DNA from: Terracidiphilus sp. | GTDB lineage: Bacteria > Acidobacteriota > Terriglobia > Terriglobales > Acidobacteriaceae | Direction: 5' to 3' | DNA length: 64,000 nucleotides | NCBI GenBank assembly: GCA_049514915.1 | Contig: JBEKUP010000014.1 | Coordinates: 27,887 to 91,886 of the forward strand | Part shown: positions 37,393 through 46,200 of the stretch, one piece after another | Layout of the letters: each line of letters starts with the position of its first letter | How positions within the stretch are numbered: position 1 is the first letter of the stretch | Translations under genes and position numbers: made by a program | The notes under the pieces: model-generated | What the model was told of the DNA's origin: nothing | Databases searched by the model: none | What the model saw: only the letters and a program-made list of their open reading frames with translations

Positions 37393-37824
37393 ATGGACGT
37401 TTTCAGGATGCACGGAACCGCCTACGGAGTCTTCGACACCACCGGCGCATTTCAGTATCCCGGCCGCTGGCACTCCAGGGGAACCCGCGTCGTCTACGCG
37501 GCCGAACATGCAAGTCTTGCCGTGCTGGAGACCCTGATCCATGCCGGAGGCCGCAAGATCCCACTCCGCGCCCTCACCCGCATTCACATCCCCGACGGCG
37601 TTCCCATCGAATCGCAGCCCTGGATGGAGTTGCCCACTTCGCAGGCGTTCGGCGATGCGTGGGTAAGGGAAGCGCGCACCGCCGTTCTGCGCGTGCCCAG
37701 CATCGCCGTTAATCGGCTCGAGTCAAACTTTGTCCTCAATCCGCGCCATCCCGACTTCCCGCAAATTCAGCACGACCCTCCCGCCGAATTCGCCTTCGAC
37801 CCGCGCTTCATACCCACACGTTAG
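37393..37824 (+). CDS. RES-domain toxin, module 2
   Basis: 143 aa. 'PGRWHSRGTRVVYAAEHASLAVLETLIH' and 'VLRVPSIAVNRLESNFVLNPRHPDF' give the R, E and S signature residues in the expected context. Confidence 0.85.
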   Translation: MDVFRMHGTAYGVFDTTGAFQYPGRWHSRGTRVVYAAEHASLAVLETLIHAGGRKIPLRALTRIHIPDGVPIESQPWMELPTSQAFGDAWVREARTAVLRVPSIAVNRLESNFVLNPRHPDFPQIQHDPPAEFAFDPRFIPTR

Positions 37825-37828
37825 CGAC

Positions 37829-38179
37829 TCAAGCCGGCTCGTCCGTCTCGTTCACCGGCGCTCCCACCGCGCACCACCGCGCCCGCATGCTCTGCCGGAA
37901 CTTCTCCCGCTCCTCCGGCGTCATCCGCGCCCAGCGATCTTTCTTGTCCCAGCGACCCGGTCGGTGCGAGCCACCACCCCAGCGGCCAAACAAAATCCGG
38001 CACAAAGCCAGCAGCCCGATCGCCTGCCACAGGTCAATTTGCCGCCATCCGAACAGCGTCGGCGTAAGCCAGTTCCATAAATGCATCACCACCTCGCCGC
38101 CAATCGTGATCAAAACCACAATCGCCAGCGGTGCTGCAAAAAAGATCCACCAGTGTCTCCTCACCCAGCTCTTTTCCAT
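37829..38179 (-). CDS. Small two-TM membrane protein co-transcribed with the ECF sigma factor (candidate anti-sigma or partner)
   Basis: ATG 38179 follows GAGGGAGA; alternatively GTG 38194 overlaps the sigma stop. Two hydrophobic segments, with a basic C-terminal tail 'RWDKKDRWARMTPEEREKFRQSMRARW'. I recognise no known anti-sigma (zinc-finger) motif. Confidence 0.5.
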   Translation of the reverse strand: MEKSWVRRHWWIFFAAPLAIVVLITIGGEVVMHLWNWLTPTLFGWRQIDLWQAIGLLALCRILFGRWGGGSHRPGRWDKKDRWARMTPEEREKFRQSMRARWCAVGAPVNETDEPA

Positions 38180-38190
38180 GACCGTCTCCC

Positions 38191-38805
38191 TCACTCCCTC
38201 GTGAACTCATCGTGAATCTTCTGCAACCGTTGCCGCAGTTGCAGCACCGCATACCGTTTGCGCGAAAGCAGCGTGTTCACGTTCACGCCGGTTTCCGCCG
38301 AAAGCTCTTTGAAGCTGATTCCTTCCAGTTCGTGTGCCACAAACACTGCGCGCTGGTCGTCAGGTAGTTCACTCAGCGCAACCTCCAACTCTTCCAGCAG
38401 CAGCCTGCGCAGGTAGAGCGCCTCCGGCCCCGCATCCGGCGATGGCAGCAGATCCTCCATCTCCATCAACTCACCGTCTTCACCCATCACCGCGGTATCG
38501 CTGAAGTTCTCCGGCTTCTTCTTGCGGAACAGGTCCGTGATGCGGTTGCGCGCCACGCGAAACAGCCATCCCCCCACGTAGTCAATCGGCATCAGCAGGC
38601 GATTGGCTTCCACAAGCTCGTAGAAAACCTCCTGCAGCAGATCCTCCACGTCCGATTCGTTCGGCACCCGCCTGCGTATAAAATTGCGCAGCCGCGGTCG
38701 CTCTTCGTCGATGACTTCGGAGATGCGCCGGTCCTGCTCAGTCATCGCAATCGCACTCATGGAACCATCCATCCATTCACTACTGAAGACGAACGGCAGC
38801 CGCAA
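38191..38805 (-). CDS. ECF-type RNA polymerase sigma-70 family factor
   Basis: Region 2 'ESDVEDLLQEVFYELVEA...WLFRVARNRITDLFRKK' and region 4 'LPDDQRAVFVAHELEGISFKELSAETGVNVNTLLSRKRYAVLQLR'. The start is uncertain: TTG 38805, or ATG 38772 or 38760. Confidence 0.85.
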   Translation of the reverse strand: MRLPFVFSSEWMDGSMSAIAMTEQDRRISEVIDEERPRLRNFIRRRVPNESDVEDLLQEVFYELVEANRLLMPIDYVGGWLFRVARNRITDLFRKKKPENFSDTAVMGEDGELMEMEDLLPSPDAGPEALYLRRLLLEELEVALSELPDDQRAVFVAHELEGISFKELSAETGVNVNTLLSRKRYAVLQLRQRLQKIHDEFTRE

Positions 38806-38904
38806 ATATTGTAGAGGTCTGCATCATCTTGGCGTGATATGAATCACATCATTCTGCGAAATCTTCCTGCAAACTCATTGATAGAAACAACGCAGATCTG
38901 GGGA

Positions 38905-38963
38905 AGGGATCATCTTTGGTGCATGCGTCTCACATGCAACTAAGGATGATCCCTATTTTTTTT
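38905..38963 (+). terminator. Strong plus-strand intrinsic-terminator-like hairpin with no plus-strand gene upstream
   Basis: AGGGATCATC (38905-38914) pairs perfectly with GATGATCCCT (38945-38954). An inner TGCATG/CATGCA stem sits inside, and A + 8 T (38955-38963) follows. Both flanking genes are on the minus strand. Confidence 0.6.
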
Positions 38964-39029
38964 GAGGTAGAGCTGAAGGTCGTAATTGGCACTTCGATTA
39001 CGTTATTTCCCAGTCCGTTCGCAATCGAT

Positions 39030-39746
39030 CTACGGAATGTAATAGAACGGGTTCGGCAGCTTCACAGAGAGTTCCGCCGCCGGTAATCCTTTCAGGTCGC
39101 TGAACTGATCGCCCACATTCAGAATGATGCGATATCCGGCATCGACAATAGTCTTCCGTGCATTCGATTTGTATTCGATAGTCCCTTCCTTGGCTTGCGT
39201 GGGCGACCGCAACGTGAGCCCCGCAAAATTCGTGTACCCCTGGCTCTTCAGATTTTGCTCCGTTGCCGCGCGATGCGCTTCGCCCCTTCCCGTGATAAAA
39301 AAGACAGTCACTCCGAGCCGCTGCGCTTCCTGGTAAAGCCGCAGCGTGCCTGGAATCGCCGTGGCCTGCGCTGAATCCTCCCAGGCATCAAAGGCGCTGG
39401 GAATGTATCCGTAGTCCTCGGCAGCCATCTCTTTGTAATTCGAAAGCGCGGTTTCGTCGATGTCGAGAACCAGCGCCAGTTTTTCTCCTGCGCCTTTGTG
39501 CGCGGCGCGTCGATCAAGAAAAGCGATTGCGGCTTGCGCCTGGTGATCCAGTTCCTTCGCATAGCATCCGCAATCGCAAGTACACGCGTAATAGCTCTGC
39601 AGTTTGAGCTTCAGTGTGCCAAGATTTGCAACATGCTCGTTCGAAGCGAGAATGTGTGTGGATTGAGGCGTAGATTGTGCGGCAGATGCAAGCGAAGCAA
39701 CAGCGGTAACCAGCGTGCACAAAATCAAAGCAAATCGTTTCACCAA
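39030..39746 (-). CDS. HAD-superfamily class B acid phosphatase (secreted)
   Basis: 238 aa with a signal peptide. 'LALVLDIDETALSN' (DxDxT motif I), 'VFFITGRGE', 'NVGDQFSDL'. The locus is AT-richer than its surroundings. Confidence 0.8.
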   Translation of the reverse strand: MVKRFALILCTLVTAVASLASAAQSTPQSTHILASNEHVANLGTLKLKLQSYYACTCDCGCYAKELDHQAQAAIAFLDRRAAHKGAGEKLALVLDIDETALSNYKEMAAEDYGYIPSAFDAWEDSAQATAIPGTLRLYQEAQRLGVTVFFITGRGEAHRAATEQNLKSQGYTNFAGLTLRSPTQAKEGTIEYKSNARKTIVDAGYRIILNVGDQFSDLKGLPAAELSVKLPNPFYYIP

Positions 39747-39834
39747 AGATCACCTCTGTGGAGTGCATCGGAATGAATTCTTATTCTATTGAGCCTGGCT
39801 GCCGGCGAACAAAGCCGGCTTATTTCGCTGCTCT

Positions 39835-42276
39835 TCACTCAGTCCGCAGCGCGACTACCGGGTTCACGCTTGCTGCCCGGCGCGCCGGAACAGCCGCCGC
39901 CAACAACCCACACAGCACCAATCCGAGTGGGGCAAGTCCCATGGTCCAGGGATCCATCGCCTTCACTCCGTAAAGAAAACCGCCCAGCAGGCGATTGCTC
40001 CACAGCGCAAGTCCCACACCCATTACTGCTCCCGCCCCCATCAACACCAGTGTCTGTCGCATCACCATGCCAACCACCGCGGCTCGATCGGCGCCCAGCG
40101 CCATGCGGATCCCGATCTCCTGCGTTCTCTGTTCCACAAGGTAGCTCATCAGCCCATACAAGCCCACCACCGTAATCAGCAGCGCCAACCCTCCGAACAC
40201 CGTTACAACGCCAGCCGCCAGCTTTTGTGCGCCTATGTTGTCTTCCACAGCTTCCTGCATGGTGCTGAACTCTCCGATGGCGAGATGAGGGTTCTCCTCC
40301 GTAATCAGCCGCCGCAGGTCCCCGATCATCGCGTCCGGCCTTGCTTCGGTCCGTATAGCCAGTTCCATATACCGGCTCAGCAGCGCTTTATAGAGCGAAG
40401 TGTCGCGCGCTACCTGCGGAATGCACACGTACAACTCGGGAGTGCTGGGATGCGTAACTGCATCCTGATGGATATCGTCGATCACTCCCACGATGGTTGC
40501 GGTCTGCACATTTCTTCCGAAGCGAACCTGCTTTCCCAGCGCGCTGTTGCCGCCAAGATAGCGATCGACGAATACCCGATTGACGACTGCCACAGGCGGG
40601 CTTGCGGCCGTGTCGCCTTCTTCGAAAAAACGTCCGCTGCTCATGCGCACTCCCAGAACATCCATAAGCCCGGGAGAAGCGGCGCGTACCATCGCATCCA
40701 CGTTGCCGTCGGTCCAATCGGTTTTGTACACCACGGTGAGCCACTCCAGAGGATGCTTCAGTGGCATCACCGTGGAAATGGCTGCTTGCTTTACACCGGG
40801 GACGCGCCGCACGGCATCAAGAAGCGGCTGCCATGCCACTGCGCCAACATTTTGATTCTTGTAGAGGTCGCCTGGCGCGGTCAGGTCGGTCAGCAGCAGA
40901 TGATCTGTGCGGAAGCCGAGCGGCACATGACGCAGGGCATACATGGTGCGCAGCATGAGACCCGCGCCAATCAGCAGCGCAATGGACAATGCAACCTCGC
41001 CCACCAGCAGCGCGTTGCGCATGCCATTCTGCCTGCGATCTCCCGCGTGCTTCCGCCCACCGTTACGCAAGCCCGCTTGCGTTCCTGTCCATGCCGCAAG
41101 CATCGCCGGCACTGTCCCGAAGGACAGCGCGGTCAGCAGCGTGAGCGCAACAAAGCAGAGCCAGACCGTGAAGTTGAGCTGTATGTTTGCGGCCAGCGGG
41201 AGCATGCTCTGCAACGCGTGGCGGAAGACCTGCAGAATGGCGATTGCCAGGCCCAGTCCACTGGCGGCGCCGGCAACGGTGAGCAGCAGGCTTTCCGTCA
41301 AAAACTGCATGACGATGCGCTGTCTTCCCGCTCCCAGTGCCGATCGCACGGCGATCTCGGCTCGGCGTGCCGAAACCCGCGCCAGCAGCAGTCCGGCAAC
41401 ATTGCTGCAGGCAATAAGCCACACCACCGCTACGGCGATGGCCAGCGCTGCCAGTGCCGGTCGCGCATCGCGAACCAGGAGATCGTGAAAGCGCACAAGC
41501 CCAATCCCGCCGCGCTTCTCAAATTGCACATGCACATTGGCCAACGCGGCCTGCACAGCCTCCGGCTGCACGCCCGGATGCAGGCGGAGAATCGGTTCGA
41601 ATGCCGTGCTGTAAGGGTTGCTGCTGGAGGTGATGATCCCGGATGTCTGCAGCGGGACCCATACCTCGCCGCGCCTTTCATAAACCGGAAACTCAAATTG
41701 CCTGGGCATCACGCCAATGATGGTGTGCAGCACTCCCCCCACGTGCACGGTCTTGCCCAGGATATTGGGATCCGAAGCAAAGCCGCGCTGCCACGTGTCG
41801 TAGCTCAGGATCACAACATCCGGATGCTCTGAGACCTGCTTGCTCGTCGAGAAACCGCGCCCCAACACCGGCGTCACTCCCAACGTCATGAACAGATTGG
41901 GGCTGGCCTGTACCTCAGTAATCAGTTCCGCTCCCGATGGCGCATCCAGAATGCTCACGCCTCCGGTTGCAAAAGCCGTGTCCGCCGCACCCTTCGTCGC
42001 ATCCTGCCATTTCACGACCTCCGTGTACGACGCCTGAAAGCTCTGGTTGCTCTTGGCGTCTTTTTCTTGAACCTCATACAACTGTCGATCGGCGCGGAAG
42101 GGAAGCGGCTTCAAAAGAACGCCATAGCTGATCGTGAACATCGCCGTAACCGTGCCAATACCCAACGCCAGCACAAGCACGGTAAATACCGCGTATCCCG
42201 GCGTGCGCCGGAACTGCCTCATCCCGAAACGAACATCTGCCCCAAAGCTCCGCATCCATGTCATGGCCCGGTTCAT
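39835..42276 (-). CDS. ADOP-family duplicated FtsX/MacB-like ABC transporter permease
   Basis: 813 aa. N-terminus 'DVRFGMRQFRRTPGYAVFTVLVLALGIGTVTAMFTISYGVLLKPLPF', with two MacB-periplasmic-core + FtsX units. C-terminus 'VPARRAASVNPVVALRTE'. No ATPase gene is adjacent (orphan permease architecture). Confidence 0.9.
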   Translation of the reverse strand: MNRAMTWMRSFGADVRFGMRQFRRTPGYAVFTVLVLALGIGTVTAMFTISYGVLLKPLPFRADRQLYEVQEKDAKSNQSFQASYTEVVKWQDATKGAADTAFATGGVSILDAPSGAELITEVQASPNLFMTLGVTPVLGRGFSTSKQVSEHPDVVILSYDTWQRGFASDPNILGKTVHVGGVLHTIIGVMPRQFEFPVYERRGEVWVPLQTSGIITSSSNPYSTAFEPILRLHPGVQPEAVQAALANVHVQFEKRGGIGLVRFHDLLVRDARPALAALAIAVAVVWLIACSNVAGLLLARVSARRAEIAVRSALGAGRQRIVMQFLTESLLLTVAGAASGLGLAIAILQVFRHALQSMLPLAANIQLNFTVWLCFVALTLLTALSFGTVPAMLAAWTGTQAGLRNGGRKHAGDRRQNGMRNALLVGEVALSIALLIGAGLMLRTMYALRHVPLGFRTDHLLLTDLTAPGDLYKNQNVGAVAWQPLLDAVRRVPGVKQAAISTVMPLKHPLEWLTVVYKTDWTDGNVDAMVRAASPGLMDVLGVRMSSGRFFEEGDTAASPPVAVVNRVFVDRYLGGNSALGKQVRFGRNVQTATIVGVIDDIHQDAVTHPSTPELYVCIPQVARDTSLYKALLSRYMELAIRTEARPDAMIGDLRRLITEENPHLAIGEFSTMQEAVEDNIGAQKLAAGVVTVFGGLALLITVVGLYGLMSYLVEQRTQEIGIRMALGADRAAVVGMVMRQTLVLMGAGAVMGVGLALWSNRLLGGFLYGVKAMDPWTMGLAPLGLVLCGLLAAAVPARRAASVNPVVALRTE

Positions 42277-42447
42277 CCACCGACCTCCCGAACTGCTCTC
42301 ATCCTACAGAGAATGACGCGCCGGGAAGCCAAATGTAGACCTCTCACGCCGCGGCGTTGCTTCCATTCCCGCAGTCTTCGCAAATGCGGCTACGCCGGAG
42401 CCGCCAGCGGTCTCATTCAGTTCGTCCCAGATGGGACAATAGAGCAC

Positions 42448-43296
42448 ATGGTATGGAGGCTGATGATGACCTGGATTGTCCGAGCCGGCTGCAGCGGAAA
42501 GTTCGCCTTGCTTCTTGCGTTATCAGCTTGCGCCGCGTCCATCACCGCTGCGCAGCAAAGTCCAAACGGGTCCGGCCAGCATGCTGTTGTCCCCGACGCC
42601 CCAATGGCTGCGGACGCGCACCCATCCTTTGAAGTCGCAACCATTAAGCCTTCCCACCCAGACGACACGAAAGGTGGTTTTCAGGTCGGCGGACATCGGC
42701 TGCTTATTCAAAACCAGACCGTGAATGACCTGATGTCGTTTGCTTACGCAATCCATCAAAAGCAGATTGTTGACGGCCCGCCCTGGCTTGAAACGCAAAG
42801 GTACGACATCGTCGGACAGGCCGACGTCGAGGGGTACGCGAACCTCCGGCAAATCCAGGAGATGTTGCAAAAGCTGTTGGCGAGCCGATTCAATCTGAAG
42901 TTCCATCGAGAAAAGCGTGAGCTGTCAATTTATGCAATCACAGTAGCCAAAGGCGGTCCAAAGCTCACAAAGCATACGGAAGCTTCAAACGGCTTGCCCA
43001 CGCAGTCGGGCAGCCCAAGTAGTGGCGGCCGCAGATTCACCAACAACACGATCTCCGATTTTGCCCTCGGAATGCAGAGTTTTCTTGATAAGCCTGTAGT
43101 GGATCAAACCGGGCTCGTTGGCAGGTACGATTTCGTCCTGACATGGACACCTGACGACTCAAGCACCGACTCCCCGAACCAGGCGCCAGGCCTCTTCACC
43201 GCGGTTCAGGAGCAACTCGGCCTGAAGCTGGAACCGATCAAGGGGCAGGCTGATGTATACGCGATAGATCATGTGGAGATGCCCTCGGAAAACTAG
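42448..43296 (+). CDS. TIGR03435-type (soil-associated/acidobacterial) secreted protein
   Basis: 'FEVATIKPSHPDD...GGHRLLIQNQTVNDLMSFAYAIHQKQIVDGPPWLETQRYDIVGQ' matches the FEVASIKP... hallmark. The start is ATG 42448, or more likely 42463/42466 after GGAGG. The track ORF start at 42067 overlaps the ADOP gene and is rejected. Confidence 0.8.
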   Translation: MVWRLMMTWIVRAGCSGKFALLLALSACAASITAAQQSPNGSGQHAVVPDAPMAADAHPSFEVATIKPSHPDDTKGGFQVGGHRLLIQNQTVNDLMSFAYAIHQKQIVDGPPWLETQRYDIVGQADVEGYANLRQIQEMLQKLLASRFNLKFHREKRELSIYAITVAKGGPKLTKHTEASNGLPTQSGSPSSGGRRFTNNTISDFALGMQSFLDKPVVDQTGLVGRYDFVLTWTPDDSSTDSPNQAPGLFTAVQEQLGLKLEPIKGQADVYAIDHVEMPSEN

Positions 43297-43419
43297 CACG
43301 ACCTTGAACCATCGACGTTCGCGCGCACGTCATCTCACCCCTGCCATCGTTCCTTCCCACTAATACGAATGACTTTGTCGAGTGAATGGTTACGATGGGC
43401 GCTCAACAGCGAGAGCCGC

Positions 43420-43800
43420 CTAACTGGAGAGAGCCATCTGCCACGAGTGCAGCTTCCACTCTTCCTCCAGCAATTCATCCATGCCTTGCAACAGTGCAAT
43501 CGAATCATTCCTGATCGTCGCATCTGCAAACGAGTCGCACTCGCCCGATGGACTTGCGATTGAAACTACTGGAGTGTGAGAGCCGGATGAGCGAATCAGG
43601 TAAGTGAGTCTCTCCTTGCTCTCGACGGACAAGGCGTCGCCCAGTAGCACCAGGTCGAAGTCACCGGCCCGGAAGTGATCAAACGCTTCTTTCATTGAGG
43701 CTGCTGACAGCACGATGAATCCGGCGGGTCTCCAGGCAGCGCTGTGAGAGGCGAGCAGCCAGGAATCAATGCCAACGGAGAGGACAACTTTCAGTGACAT
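43420..43800 (-). CDS. Stand-alone atypical receiver (REC-like) domain protein
   Basis: ATG 43800 follows GGAGGT. 'KVVLSVGIDS...EAFDHFRAGDFDLVLLGDAL...PVVSIAS' has the alternating beta/alpha layout of CheY-like receivers. The acidic pocket and conserved Lys are not canonical. Confidence 0.5.
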   Translation of the reverse strand: MSLKVVLSVGIDSWLLASHSAAWRPAGFIVLSAASMKEAFDHFRAGDFDLVLLGDALSVESKERLTYLIRSSGSHTPVVSIASPSGECDSFADATIRNDSIALLQGMDELLEEEWKLHSWQMALSS

Positions 43801-44262
43801 AGTTACCTCCATATCTTGCGCAAACGACGATGCCGCCTGCGATGCCCGGACGATCACACTTGTGACCACTGACGATCTACTCATTCCGGCTCATTGTCTG
43901 TTTCAAAAAGCACACTTTTCTGAAAATTCTGGATAGCGAAGCACCGGGGGCCCGGCGTCGAGAACATCTTTACCATTCCTTCACAATCCGGAATCAGCGA
44001 ATGTAATTTCTTTCAGTGTGCGCGTTTCCTACACAGTAGAGCCGGACGGGGCAAGCCATTCTTCCCCAGCGTGGTCCAAGCCGGCAGGGGTAATCTCCTG
44101 ATCCGCGACGAACCGGCCGAAACCCGAATCCAGCCCATCACGTGGGGTGGTCCAGCAGTCAAATGAGCGTTCTCCGCCAACCCGAAGTTAATCGGAACCA
44201 GTGGCTCGAAATTGACGGGATTGTCGTGGCTTGGTTCCAAATATGTGCCTCTGAGTTTCTGA

Positions 44263-44494
44263 AGGGCTGATTTGCCTTTTCGCAAAGAAACTGCGCTCGG
44301 GCTGGCCATTGGGATTCCCGTTGCCCTGCTCTGCGTGCGCTACGTCAAGACCCTGCTCTATGAAATAACAGCGCCGACGCCCATCTGATGACGAGAGCGA
44401 TTCTCACGCTGGTCGTGGCGGCTTGCGTTGCCGGAGTCATTCCCGCACGGCGTGCTGCTTCCATCGACCCCGCCAAAGCGTTGAGGGCTGAGTG
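44263..44494 (+). pseudogene. Remnant of the C-terminal FtsX domain of an ADOP/MacB-type permease (truncated and frameshifted)
   Basis: One frame reads ...TALGLAIGIPVALLCVRYVKTLLYEITAPTPI**. After a frame change near 44385 it continues LMTRAILTLVVAACVAGVIPARRAASIDPAKALRAE*, a textbook FtsX C-terminus. There is no upstream permease body. Confidence 0.7.
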
Positions 44495-44757
44495 AGTCGA
44501 ACAAATGAAGGCAGGCTGAACACACTCGGATGGTCTCCAACACGGAGATTGGTGGCGGAGGCGTTTTCGATCTCTGCTAAATCGCCAACGCACTGCTCGA
44601 GGCTCTTCGACCGAGAAGTTCAAGGTTTCGTGAGTTCCGGTCGAATCGCCGGCAATCCTGAAGTAATCGTGAGCTTGCGCTAACAGGCCGAGTCATCGTT
44701 CGCCCCCGCTCCGCGCTCGCCCATCACCCCGAATGTTAACCTTGAGTTTTGCCTTTA

Positions 44758-46143
44758 ATGTTCACAACCTCCCAGCACGCGCACTTCATCGGTATCGGCG
44801 GCATCGGCATGAGCGGCATCGCCGAAATCCTTCTCAGCCTGGGCATGAAGGTCTCCGGCTCCGACCTGCGTCGCGGCCCCGTCACTGACCGCCTCGCCCA
44901 ACTCGGCGCCACTATCTACGAGGGTCACAGCGCCGCCAACGTCGCAGGCGCAACTGTCGTCGTCACCAGCTCCGCGGTCTCTGCAAGCAATCCTGAAGTC
45001 CTCGAGGCCCACGCCCGCAAAATCCAGGTCATTCCCCGCGCGGAGATGCTCGCCGAGCTCATGCGCCTGAAATACGGCATCGCCATCGCCGGCATGCACG
45101 GCAAAACAACCACCACCTCCATGGTCGCCAGCGTCCTCGCCGCCGGCGGGCTCGATCCCACCGTCGTCGTCGGTGGCCGCGTGGACGCCCTCGGCTCCAA
45201 CGCCCGCCTCGGCACTACTCAATACCTCGTCGCCGAAGCCGATGAGAGCGACCGCTCCTTCCTCAAGCTCTCGCCCATCCTCGCCGTCGTCACCAACCTT
45301 GACCGCGAGCACATGGACTGCTACCGCGACATGGCCGACATCGACCAGGCCTACCTCGACTTCATGGACAAGGTCCCCTTCTACGGAGCCATCACCGCCT
45401 GCATCGACAATCCCCAGCTCGCCGCCATCCTGCCCCGTGCCCGCCGCCGCATCTTCACCTACGGCACCGCCCCTGAAGCTGATTTCCGTCTCGAGTTCCT
45501 CGTCGCCGCCCCCGCTCCATCCGGCGAAATCCGCTTCGCCCGTTTCCAGGTCCACACCGCAGCCGACGGCGCGCTCGGTCCCTTCGAACTCCGCGTCCCC
45601 GGCCGCCACAACGTCCTCAACGCCACTGCCGCCGTAGCCATCGCCCGCCAGCTTGAGGTTCCTGCGGACAAAATCGCCGAAGGACTGAGTCATTTTCGCG
45701 GCGTCGATCGCCGCTTCCAACTGCGCGGCGTGGCCCGCGGCGTCACCGTGGTCGATGACTACGGCCACCACCCCACCGAGATTCGCGCCACCCTCGCCGC
45801 CGCCCGCGAATGCGGCCATCGCAAGATCCACGTCGTCTTCCAGCCCCACCGCTACACCCGCACCCGCGACCTCATGCACGAATTCGGTGGCGCGTTCACC
45901 GGCGCGGACACCGTCATCGTCCTGCCCATCTACGCCGCCAGCGAGGAGCCAATCCCCGGCGTTACCGCCGAGTCTCTCGCCGAAAAAATCACCGGCGCCG
46001 CAGTCCACTTCGTTCCCGATTTCCCCACCGCAATTGCCGCCGCCGTTTCCGCTGCAGGTGAGAGCGACCTCATCCTGACCCTAGGCGCAGGCAGCGTTAG
46101 CCAGCTTGCCCAGCTCATCCTCGCCGCCCTGCAAGCCCCTTAA
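44758..46143 (+). CDS. murC: UDP-N-acetylmuramate--L-alanine ligase
   Basis: 'HFIGIGGIGMSGIAEIL', 'GMHGKTTTTSM', 'EADESDRSF', 'NLDREHMD', 'DDYGHHPTE'. ATG 44758 is preferred over TTG 44749. Confidence 0.93.
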   Translation: MFTTSQHAHFIGIGGIGMSGIAEILLSLGMKVSGSDLRRGPVTDRLAQLGATIYEGHSAANVAGATVVVTSSAVSASNPEVLEAHARKIQVIPRAEMLAELMRLKYGIAIAGMHGKTTTTSMVASVLAAGGLDPTVVVGGRVDALGSNARLGTTQYLVAEADESDRSFLKLSPILAVVTNLDREHMDCYRDMADIDQAYLDFMDKVPFYGAITACIDNPQLAAILPRARRRIFTYGTAPEADFRLEFLVAAPAPSGEIRFARFQVHTAADGALGPFELRVPGRHNVLNATAAVAIARQLEVPADKIAEGLSHFRGVDRRFQLRGVARGVTVVDDYGHHPTEIRATLAAARECGHRKIHVVFQPHRYTRTRDLMHEFGGAFTGADTVIVLPIYAASEEPIPGVTAESLAEKITGAAVHFVPDFPTAIAAAVSAAGESDLILTLGAGSVSQLAQLILAALQAP

Positions 46144-46200
46144 ACGCACCTTCAACTGTTATGATTCTCCCGGCAATCCGCAACATTCCCAGGAGCAAGC

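Noticed and set aside
42067-42447. N-terminal 127 codons of the 409-aa ORF 42067-43296
   Set aside because: This part overlaps the 5' end of the ADOP gene on the other strand and is Arg/His/Pro-rich nonsense. The real protein starts at the signal peptide near 42448-42466.
44013-44309. 98-aa minus-strand ORF in the decayed spacer upstream of murC
   Set aside because: It has no RBS, no family resemblance, and overlaps the FtsX remnant on the other strand. Probably non-coding.
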